From the IMG/VR virus record IMGVR_UViG_3300032295_000548, positions 1 through 64,000 of that record: a DNA stretch of 64,000 nucleotides, one strand, 5' to 3'. Source of the stretch: a virus (Duplodnaviria; Caudoviricetes). The notes under the pieces were generated by a model, which saw only the letters and a list, made by a program, of their open reading frames with translations, was not told the DNA's origin and did not search any database. The translations under genes were made by a program, and so were the position numbers. This document shows, in pieces, positions 1 to 8,700 of the stretch; the stretch's first letter is position 1; the number at the start of each line of letters is the position of its first letter.

Positions 1-878
1 GTACCTTCTGTAGTACGTGCGAAAGCAGAAGTAGTTGCAGATTGCAATACTGTCAATGCCGCGCTAGATACAACAGCCCAGTTACCTGCGCCACGACGAG
101 TGCGTTGAGCAATCAAGTTAGCAACACGGTTGATTAGAACAGCTAAGGCAGCGTGTTCGTCACCAACGTAAGTAGCTGTACCTGATACAGTAGCTTGGTT
201 GTATGTAAACTCAGTAGATGCTAGAGTACGTAGAGACAATAGAATTTCTTGGTCGATTTCAGCAGTAATTTCTTGTGCTAATGCGGCCATGATTTCTGCT
301 TCAACGTCAATACCATGTTGGCTTTGAGCGTCTTGGGCAGCTTCGAATGTCCAACGTGCTTGTAACTTACGTGACTTAGCTTCAACAGCCTGACGCAAGA
401 TTTGTACGCTGATTTGCTTACCACCGTTGCCTTCTAAGGCAGCAGTGTCGTTAGCTGTGTAATAGCTTGTTGAGCCATCACCACTTGGAGTGCGAGAATA
501 TGCCTGAGCAATCTTGAACGGTGACAATGCTTCTTCACCAGCTGTAACGCTAGTTTGTGCGGCACTGTTATCTGTCAATGATTGAGCATAACGTACACGT
601 AGAGTGTGGATTTGACCAACAGGACCTGTCATTGGCTGAACGCCTACCAACTCGTTAGCGATAACTGTTGGCATTACACGACGGATAACTGGAAGAATAA
701 CGCGGTTTAAAGTAGCGATATTACCTGCAGTAGTTGTGCCTGCTGAAGATTCCTTCAATAGTGCTTTGCGAGTGTTTTCTAAGATAACACCCATAGATGA
801 ACGGCGAGTACCTTTTAAGCCTTCAAGTAGGGCATCCTTGGTCTCGTCCCAACGGCTTTCTAATAGAACTTGTGACAT
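1..878 (-). CDS. gp23: Major capsid protein (T4 gp23-like), 3' end beyond left edge
   Basis: Not in the ORF track. Manual translation from ATG 878 (AGGAG upstream): MSQVLLESRWDETKDALLEGLKG...LPVIRRVMPTVIANELVGVQPMTGPVGQIHTLRVRY...RKLQARWTFEAAQDAQSQHGIDVEAEIMAALAQEITAEIDQEIL. These are typical gp23 motifs, and the gene follows gp21 and gp22. Confidence 0.96.
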   Translation of the reverse strand, partial: MSQVLLESRWDETKDALLEGLKGTRRSSMGVILENTRKALLKESSAGTTTAGNIATLNRVILPVIRRVMPTVIANELVGVQPMTGPVGQIHTLRVRYAQSLTDNSAAQTSVTAGEEALSPFKIAQAYSRTPSGDGSTSYYTANDTAALEGNGGKQISVQILRQAVEAKSRKLQARWTFEAAQDAQSQHGIDVEAEIMAALAQEITAEIDQEILLSLRTLASTEFTYNQATVSGTATYVGDEHAALAVLINRVANLIAQRTRRGAGNWAVVSSAALTVLQSATTSAFARTTEG

Positions 879-907
879 TTGTATTTTCTCCTAATATATG
901 TCTTTTT

Positions 908-2014
908 TTATAGCCCTGCTAAACGCTTAAAGTCGATAAGATTACTATCCTGTTCAACTTCATTTTGTTGTTTTGCAGCTGGTTTATCTCCAGTAATTTC
1001 AGAAATCACTTTGGACTCTGCTAATACAGCCTTTGCAGGCTTCTTCTCAGTGCCAGTGTTTAAAACTGCTGGAAGATATTTATCGAAAGCCATCTTCAAC
1101 TTGGTAGTCTGGACGCTTTCTAGTAGGCTCTTCATTGTAGAAGCTTTTTCTTCGTTCAAAGTACCAAGCAAGTCTGCCATAGCCTTTTCACGTAGATTGG
1201 ATTCCTTAATAATACGAACCTCACGTTCTTTTGATTCAACTAGCTTCTTAGCATTAGATAAAATCTTTGCTGATTCTGCCAATTGATGTTCTTTTTCTTG
1301 TAGTTGTGCCATTAACTTGCGTGTTTCTGCTTTCTCATTTAAATGAGTAACAGAGAACTCGCCTGCAAAGGCTTCAAATAGCTTGCGACCAAAAGTATTT
1401 TCGCGGGCGATTTGAATGTCTTCCTTAAGCTGAGATAATTCACCCTTAAGATGTGATGTAACAACAGAATTCAATCTCTTAGCACTTTCAGCAACAAAAC
1501 GTTGCTTCAATGCTTGAAGTTGTTGACGACCTTCAGTAACTAGTTTAACCTTAGCTTCAACTACTGCTTGCTTGTCTTGTGAGAATTCTTTAATTTCACG
1601 TGAAAGAGCATGAACAACGAATTGTTCTAGTTTGTCTTGGTTTTCTTTCATTGCTTTGCGATCTGCACGTAATTCTTTAATTTCTTCGGCTAATTTAGTA
1701 ACCATAAAGTCATTGAACTTAACTGCGCTTTCACGTAGTTTTTGTTGTGCGCGGATGCGGTCTTCATTCATAGCCTGTCTTTCAGCTTGAAATTCGGAAA
1801 TTTCTTCTGATAGGCTATCTGTCATCATCTTATCTAGGGCTTCAACCATCACGCTTCTATCGTGTTCATAACGGCGTGCAAAATCTTCACGTAGTTCTGC
1901 ACGAACTTGCTCACGTGCCTCGTTCAATTTAGATTCCCAAGCTTCGTTAATAGCTTGAGAAGTTTCCTCGTTGATTAGGCCGCTCTCAAGTAATGGTTTG
2001 ATAGCATCAAACAT
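908..2014 (-). CDS. gp22: Prohead core scaffold protein (gp22-like)
   Basis: 368 aa, E/K-rich coiled coil, located between the protease and major capsid genes. Confidence 0.85.
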   Translation of the reverse strand: MFDAIKPLLESGLINEETSQAINEAWESKLNEAREQVRAELREDFARRYEHDRSVMVEALDKMMTDSLSEEISEFQAERQAMNEDRIRAQQKLRESAVKFNDFMVTKLAEEIKELRADRKAMKENQDKLEQFVVHALSREIKEFSQDKQAVVEAKVKLVTEGRQQLQALKQRFVAESAKRLNSVVTSHLKGELSQLKEDIQIARENTFGRKLFEAFAGEFSVTHLNEKAETRKLMAQLQEKEHQLAESAKILSNAKKLVESKEREVRIIKESNLREKAMADLLGTLNEEKASTMKSLLESVQTTKLKMAFDKYLPAVLNTGTEKKPAKAVLAESKVISEITGDKPAAKQQNEVEQDSNLIDFKRLAGL

Positions 2015-2028
2015 TTGATGTTCCCCTT

Positions 2029-2664
2029 TTATTTGATTTTGAGATCCTTGATGAGGCGTGTTACTTCCTCTTGTAGGTATCTCTGTACTTTCTTGTCTGT
2101 TTGTGCATCTTTTGCAATCTCCAACATTTTATGACCATGACGCATATTCATCATACCTTCATAAATTGCTTTAGGATAAGCATTAGGCGCACTAGGTTGT
2201 GCGACAACATCAACCGTGACTATTTCAAAGTCACTTACCTTGCCATCATAGTCATTCACGTTACCGCTACCACGACTAGACACGCCAAGTTTAACACCAC
2301 TCTGTAGCATAGTTTTTACTAACTCGCCCATTGGAGTTGGTAGAATCTTTAGCTTACCAAACCCGTTTGCACCATCCATCCACATTTGAGTAATCATATG
2401 TGACACACGGTCGAGGTTGATTTTTAAATCGTCTGGGTGATCTACTTCACCCAAGACACTGTAACCATTTTGAATTTGTTCGTTCAATGTTTGTACTGCA
2501 CTCTCAATCTCAGATACGGGGTAAACACGCTCGTTTGCGTTTTTAACCCCGCCCTGGATGAAAATTCCCTTCATATATAGGGATTTCCCGTTGCCGTCAT
2601 CTGCACTTTCGACCACCATTTGTGCGCGGTCAAAAGTCAGATTTTCCTTGAGATACAAAGCCAT
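2029..2664 (-). CDS. gp21: Prohead maturation protease
   Basis: Motifs GIFIQGGVKNANERVY, LGEVDHP, LGVSSRGSG and DVVAQPSAPNAY. Confidence 0.95.
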   Translation of the reverse strand: MALYLKENLTFDRAQMVVESADDGNGKSLYMKGIFIQGGVKNANERVYPVSEIESAVQTLNEQIQNGYSVLGEVDHPDDLKINLDRVSHMITQMWMDGANGFGKLKILPTPMGELVKTMLQSGVKLGVSSRGSGNVNDYDGKVSDFEIVTVDVVAQPSAPNAYPKAIYEGMMNMRHGHKMLEIAKDAQTDKKVQRYLQEEVTRLIKDLKIK

Positions 2665-2678
2665 TGCTCTCAGATTCC

Positions 2679-3548
2679 TTAAATACGCTTTGTTGTCTTG
2701 CGTGACTCAGAGACTGGGCTCTTTGTGTTTACGCCAGATGCCTGAGACTTAGTTGGGGCTGGAGCTTTTTCTAAGTCTTGTGTCTTTTGTGCTGGGGCAT
2801 TCTTGAATTGGCCGGCACCTTTAACACTTGTTTCACCTTTAGAGTACGCATTGCTTGGGTTCTTTGGGCTTGTTGGTACAGCTTCAGATTGACCGCTGAA
2901 TTTGACTGGTCTAGAATCCATACCAGCTTGTCCGCTGTTTTGTAGACTTGGGCTCTTTGTTTGATCGCCATTGTCACCCATCTTACCGTATGAATTGTAT
3001 GTTTGTCCACCAACTTGTTTTAGTTGAATAGCTTCCATAACTGATTCTTCTAGGTCGTCTTCATTATCATCTTCGGCTTCCATCATTTCGTCATCGCCCA
3101 TGTCGTCATCACCCATGTCGTCACCGCCCATGTCGTCATCGCCCATGTCGTCATCGCCACCGCCCATGATTTGTTCAAATTCTGCCATTAGTTGGTCTAG
3201 CTTGTCCTCAATACGAATAACAGCATCTTCAACTTCTTCACCACCTTCGTCACCCATGTCGTCAGCATCGATGTCAACTATTTCATCATCGCCTTCGCCG
3301 TCATCAGCATCGAATTCCATTTCTTCGTCACCTTCGGTCATGCCGCCGGCTTCTTCAGCACTGATTTCATCCATCATGTCGCCTACTTGACCGACCATGC
3401 CGCCTTCGCCCATCATCTCATCGTCCATGATAGACTCATAGATTTCACGTGATTTTTCTACCACGATATCGTGAAATAATTCACGGGCTTGTTCTTCGTT
3501 CTCATTGATAATTAGGTCAATGAGTTGTTCAAATTTTTTGTTATCCAT
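2679..3548 (-). CDS. Acidic prohead core/internal protein
   Basis: 289 aa, D/E/M/G-rich, in the head module, with AGGAG SD. Contains many hydrophobic-X-E motifs resembling gp21 cleavage sites (MTEG, MMEA, LEES, VMEA, VSES). Confidence 0.65.
   Translation of the reverse strand: MDNKKFEQLIDLIINENEEQARELFHDIVVEKSREIYESIMDDEMMGEGGMVGQVGDMMDEISAEEAGGMTEGDEEMEFDADDGEGDDEIVDIDADDMGDEGGEEVEDAVIRIEDKLDQLMAEFEQIMGGGDDDMGDDDMGGDDMGDDDMGDDEMMEAEDDNEDDLEESVMEAIQLKQVGGQTYNSYGKMGDNGDQTKSPSLQNSGQAGMDSRPVKFSGQSEAVPTSPKNPSNAYSKGETSVKGAGQFKNAPAQKTQDLEKAPAPTKSQASGVNTKSPVSESRKTTKRI
3091..3158 (-). repeat. 15-bp coding tandem repeat, ~4.5 copies (DDMGD/G)
   Basis: Plus-strand unit TCATCGCCCATGTCG at 3091, 3106, 3121 and 3136 (single substitutions), with a partial copy at 3151. 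Confidence 0.9.
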
Positions 3549-3585
3549 TGTTTGTTTCTCCTGAATAGAATGGCTTTGTAATAAC

Positions 3586-3592
3586 TATTTAG
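3586..3592 (-). promoter_or_regulatory. Putative late promoter CTAAATA
   Basis: Variant of T4 TATAAATA, ~40 nt upstream of the ATG at 3548; the motif recurs before structural genes. Confidence 0.6.
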
Positions 3593-3600
3593 TGGGTAGC

Positions 3601-3632
3601 AAAAAAAACAGCACAATAAGTGCTGATTTTTT
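3601..3632. terminator. Probable intrinsic terminator, possibly bidirectional
   Basis: CAGCAC-AATAA-GTGCTG hairpin (3609-3625) flanked by an A8 tract and a T-tract, intergenic. Confidence 0.65.
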
Positions 3633-3657
3633 ACATTTTCACTTTAGATATACGAAA

Positions 3658-3888
3658 TTAAACCGGGGCTCCGCCTTCAGCTTCTGCTTTTGGTCCATAT
3701 TGAGTATGAACTCTCTTTAAATGTTGTTTCTTTTCATAATTACGAACATCTAACATCTTACGTAATTTACGTATTTGTTTAAGTGTTAACTTAGTTTTTC
3801 TAGATTGTTTCCATATAGGTTTACTGTTATCTTGATTAACATCTTGATAACCTGCTACCGGCGGATCAAACATTTCCATTAACTTCAT
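3658..3888 (-). CDS. Small basic head-module protein
   Basis: 76 aa, starts MKLMEMF (L-X-E), directly downstream of the portal, with its own late-type motif upstream. Confidence 0.7.
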   Translation of the reverse strand: MKLMEMFDPPVAGYQDVNQDNSKPIWKQSRKTKLTLKQIRKLRKMLDVRNYEKKQHLKRVHTQYGPKAEAEGGAPV

Positions 3889-3909
3889 TTGGTTTTATAC
3901 CTTATTCTT

Positions 3910-3917
3910 TATTTATC
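3910..3917 (-). promoter_or_regulatory. Putative late promoter GATAAATA
   Basis: Immediately after the portal stop, ~20 nt upstream of the ATG at 3888. Confidence 0.6.
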
Positions 3918-5696
3918 TTATGCTGGTGGACCTGCAGGTGGCATTGCACCCGGTGATGATTGTACTGGGCCTGCTACTTCAGGAGCCATTTCTTCTCCTT
4001 CAGGTGCTTCTGGTTCACTCATTTCTTCTCCAGTCTGCTCATCAGTTTCAATATCACCTACGCTTACACCAACGTTACGTAAATCTTGACCTTCCGGTGT
4101 TTCATCTTCTGTCTCGTTATTTTCTTCACGCCATAATTGTTCGTTCTTAGTAATTTCTTCTTCAGTTAATCCCAAGAAACGTTCTAGTGCAAAACGTTTA
4201 GAAATATAAGGGAACGCTTCCATGCTAGAGAACGTTCCAACACGTGCATTGTCTAGTTCGCTTTGACGATATGCGGCAAAGTTCTGTGGTGGATTGAACT
4301 TTAATTGAAACAATCCACTATCAATGTTTAGACCTCTCCAACGTAAGAACAATTTGAATTCTTCGTCCATCTTCATTGCAAGATAGTTCTGTAATCGTTC
4401 ACAGTATTGATTAAAACGGAACTCTTGAATCATCGCAGTGCCAACACGACCATCACTCAATGGAGTTGTGTTATCATCAGGACCTGTAGGAAGATAGCTA
4501 CTTGGAACACGTAAACCACGTGCTAATCTGTTGTTAAAGTAGCGCAAGTCATCAATCTCGCCCAAGTTTTGACCACCGGGAAGGACTTCAACACTTGATC
4601 CTCTCCCGTCAGCAGTGACAGGGAAGAAGTAATCTTCGTTCATTGATAATGGGTTGTATGATGCATCAACTATACTAGAACCGCCATATATGCTTGGAAT
4701 TCTACGTTGATGAATCTCGTTCTTAATACGTTCAACGAATGCCATAGCCATGTGACTTGGCATGTTACCAACGTCAATCTTAAACATTCTACGTTCAGGA
4801 GCACGTTGTACACGATAGATAAGAACCGCATCCTCAAGTAATTCTTTTTGCTTGTATACTTTAAAGATATTCTCTAGAATGCTTTGACCGAAAGGCCAGA
4901 AACGATCCAGACCTTCAGTCAAACTTAGATGGACTACATGTTTAGCATCTATGGCTGACTCGCTCTGGCCTAAAGTGAATCGACTACCTGTAGTATTATA
5001 TGGCATTGCGGGTACGGTGTAACCACCACTGGCACCACCGCCACCTGTGCCACCTAGTCCAGTTGCAGGATTAGCCGCAAAATCTGTATTTGTTTTTTGT
5101 GCTACAGATAAGTTTTGTAAATTTATGTTTATGTCTTTGAGAACGTATTGTTCTGGCTTCTTGCCTTCACTTTCGTTAACAATAACTTTGATAACTTTAA
5201 CCATATCGACCCAAAACAGTTTAAAAGTTTCAGGGTCACGAACGAATACTTGATCTCCGTATTTGATAGCGTTACGGAAAATCTTAAAGATTCGTACATC
5301 AAATTCATTTAGTTTGCACCACTGTTGTAGTTGCGTCTTTAGTAAGTCTACTTCATGTGGAGTAGGATCGTCTTTGAATTCAAACGCAAATGGAGTCTTG
5401 TTTTGTTCATTTTTCATCGTACTGAACTCTGAAATGATATCTAAACATGCGTTGATTTCAGCATCAACGTCCATCATTTCATATTGATTGTATCGTTCAA
5501 TACGGTTTGGGTGACCTGTGTAGACTTCAGGAAGTCTACTCATGTAGTTACGATAGCCCATATCAACATTACTCCAGCCACCGGTTGCTGAACCGTTTTG
5601 ACCAGGGCTTCCGTTCCAAGCTCCCTGATTGCTATTGCCACCGGAGATTGGACTAGATACACCGCTTCTGTTTAGGAATTTCTTTTTATATGTCAT
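3918..5696 (-). CDS. gp20: Portal protein
   Basis: LLEDAVLIYRVQRAPERRMFKIDVGNMP, LSMNEDYFFP, VEVLPGGQNLGEIDDLRYF, LRVPSSYL. Confidence 0.96.
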   Translation of the reverse strand: MTYKKKFLNRSGVSSPISGGNSNQGAWNGSPGQNGSATGGWSNVDMGYRNYMSRLPEVYTGHPNRIERYNQYEMMDVDAEINACLDIISEFSTMKNEQNKTPFAFEFKDDPTPHEVDLLKTQLQQWCKLNEFDVRIFKIFRNAIKYGDQVFVRDPETFKLFWVDMVKVIKVIVNESEGKKPEQYVLKDININLQNLSVAQKTNTDFAANPATGLGGTGGGGASGGYTVPAMPYNTTGSRFTLGQSESAIDAKHVVHLSLTEGLDRFWPFGQSILENIFKVYKQKELLEDAVLIYRVQRAPERRMFKIDVGNMPSHMAMAFVERIKNEIHQRRIPSIYGGSSIVDASYNPLSMNEDYFFPVTADGRGSSVEVLPGGQNLGEIDDLRYFNNRLARGLRVPSSYLPTGPDDNTTPLSDGRVGTAMIQEFRFNQYCERLQNYLAMKMDEEFKLFLRWRGLNIDSGLFQLKFNPPQNFAAYRQSELDNARVGTFSSMEAFPYISKRFALERFLGLTEEEITKNEQLWREENNETEDETPEGQDLRNVGVSVGDIETDEQTGEEMSEPEAPEGEEMAPEVAGPVQSSPGAMPPAGPPA

Positions 5697-5716
5697 ATCG
5701 TTTAATGCGTTATTAG

Positions 5717-5723
5717 TATTTAG
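5717..5723 (-). promoter_or_regulatory. Putative late promoter CTAAATA (portal)
   Basis: Intergenic, 20 nt upstream of the portal ATG. Confidence 0.6.
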
Positions 5724-5725
5724 TT

Positions 5726-8700
5726 TTAAACCTTTGAATACTGTAATAACTTGTCCTGTGTATCATTGCTTTGGGATAGCTTATCTATCATCATATCCAA
5801 TTTACTGCTTAATAATTCAGTTACTGTATCCTTAACTGCCATTGGTTCTGCGGAGTCGGGCTGTCTTTGCATTATTTGAGATAGAGTAATCTTAAACTCA
5901 TCTTGCATCGATTTCAATGCGTCAACCATTGCAGTTTTCGTATTGTCTGTGATATCTTTTAACGTGTCGGTTGCAGTTGTTACTATGTCGGCTGAGGGTG
6001 CAGTAGCCATACTAGATTGACTATCAGATATCATTCCTGCAGGCATTAGTTTCTTCATGGCGTTAGTAACACCTGAATCTTCGTCTGTATATCTTGCTAA
6101 TGATGCTCCAATATCTTTAGGAGCAACTGGTTCGTCATCGCCTCCTCTTTCTAACCAGGCTTTATCATATCCAGTTGAAACCAAACCTGACATCATTTCG
6201 TCAAGTTTAGCAAACATTCTTTCTTGTGCTCTTTGTGACTCTGGGTCTACTGCACTGAATGTTTCTCTACCATCGTCTGCTTTTAAAGACTGTAGACTAT
6301 TGATTTGTCCTTGTAGTTGGAAGAATTCTTTAACTTCTTTGGGTAAATCCCCTTCAGATTGAGCTATACTACCGGACATTTTTGTAACTGATTCTAGCTC
6401 CTTTTTAGCTATGCTAGCAATCTTGTCATTAGGTATAACTGTTTCAGGACCATGTAACTCTACTAGATAACCTGAATCAGGTCCGTCAAATACACCTCCA
6501 CGCTGTGCTTTTGGTATTTCTGATTTTTTAGTATCTGCGGATGCAACCATTGTTCCGCTGGATGATGGCTGTATTCCTTGAATGTCTTTAGATGCGGCGT
6601 ACCTCGATACTTTACCTAACAATTCACCTTTAATGTAGTCACTTGACTTATTAACATCACGGCCTGCAACTTGACTAGTTGCTAATTGGTTAGCCATATC
6701 TTGAGTCATAGGCTGTGAGGGATCAATACCCATCCTTTTAGCCATACTGCCTTTAGTCATTTCCATGTACCATGCAGTTGCTTCGGCCGCTACTTGAGGA
6801 TTATTCAATAGATCCGGGTCTTTTACTAGTCTATCATCACCGAACAATGCTTGTGAAGCCTTTGCATACATTGCTTTACCAGTAATACCGATATAGCCTC
6901 GTCCGCGATACTTGAAACCGTCACCTATTTCAGTATTACCCATGCCACGGCCGATCTTAGTATCTTTGCCGTACATTACTTCACCCATCATTTCGGGGTT
7001 CTTTTTAATCTCATTTATTTCTTGATCTGATTTCCCAGCTACTCTGGATCCAAATATTGATCGGATTCTCTCGTTACTAGTTTTACCGTAATCTAAATTT
7101 TCGTTTTGAAGTACACCGCCGGTTTCCTTCATAACATTACCAAGAACAGCATTAAGATATTTTTCATCCCCCATGCCACGCTTCATCAATGCGGCTTTAA
7201 CATCGCCTAGATTCTGTTTAATATCCTGATCTTTAGCTTTAGCCGGTTTCAATCCAGTGCCGCCGCCCATACCTGCTAACGGCGGGGCTGACGGCGGGGT
7301 AACTCCTGTTCCACCTGCCGCGCCGCCTGCGGGAGCTTCTTTCCCGCCGCCAGCAGTTCCACCAAGAATACCACCCAAACCCTCAGGTACTTTTATTCCT
7401 GTACCACTTGAACTTGCTTCACGTGTTACTACTTTTATATTACTAGCAAACTTAGATAAATCTAACCCAACATTGTTGAATACGTTTTTAAGTTTGTCAT
7501 TGGCACCTTTAAGTCCATCGACTTGATCTTCTGTACTTTCTAGTTTTTCTTCTTCTAGTTTGTTCAATTTAATAATAGAAGCGGTTAGCTTATCGAAACT
7601 AGCATCTGTTTCACGCATTGTTTTTTTCAATGCAGCCAATGCTTCTATTTCTTTTTCTAGTTCTTCATCACGTTCTTCTTCTAATAGAGAATCTGGTGCA
7701 GTCAATCCGGAAGTTTTCATTCCAGTACCCAATGGTACTACAGCTTCTTTGCCATGTAGTTCTACTGGATAACCAGACTTAGGACCTTCAAATATACCGC
7801 CAACAGCGGCTTTTGGTGCAGTAGATGTAGGTTTATCTATCTTGGCCGCACCAACTTTTTCTGCACGTTCTGCGAATTCTTCTTTTGCTTTCATGTCAGC
7901 AATATCACGTGCTATACTTTCAGTTCCCAGTATTCGTTGTGCTGGTGCGTTTTTAGGAAGATTCTTTTTGCGTGCCTCTAATTCTTTATCAAATAATTCT
8001 CTCTTTCTTGCAAGATATTCTTCGTATAACTTAATATCTTTCTTTGCAAGTTCCGCCTCACTAAATGTAAATGATTTGGTTTCTGATATAGTGCCTGCTC
8101 TAGTACCTACGTTTCCTGTAGATTCTGGTGTTCCTAGTTTTGGCATTGGTGTCATTGCACCTAGTGCCTTCAGTAAATTTGGGTCATCTACTTTGACAAT
8201 AGATACCTTAACTACATCACTTCCCACCTTAGTATCTTTACTAAGACTACCATCTTTCTTAGTTTCTGCTTTCTTAGAAGCTTCGTCAACTTTCTTATCA
8301 GCATCTGCTGTCATTTTAGCGATACTACCACCGGCAACCTCACCAATGGCCTTACCACCTTTACTACCTAACCAACCACCAACTGCCGCGCCTAATATTC
8401 CACCGATAGCAATTCCAACTGGTCCTGCGGCTGCACCAATTAATGCCCCTGCTTTTGCACCACCTAGTGCACCGGCAGCACCGCCTGCCGCTGTTCCTGT
8501 TCCTCCACCAACAGCTTCACCTTTTTCAACACGTGCTTCTTCTTTTGTTATCTTACCTTCCTTGAGGTCTTTGTCAGCTTTCTTTATGCCTTGATATGCG
8601 TCTACTACGCCTGTACCAACTGACATTACAGTACCAATCAATGGTGCTGCCTTAGATAAGCCTGTTAAAGGTCCTGCTAATTTAGAAAGTGCAGTACCGG

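Noticed and set aside
879-1286. Plus-strand 135-aa ORF and similar short antisense ORFs throughout the window
   Set aside because: They lie opposite well-supported genes and lack SD sequences or motifs
3091-3158. Short direct repeats as a possible CRISPR array
   Set aside because: Contiguous 15-bp in-frame coding repeats with no spacers and no cas genes
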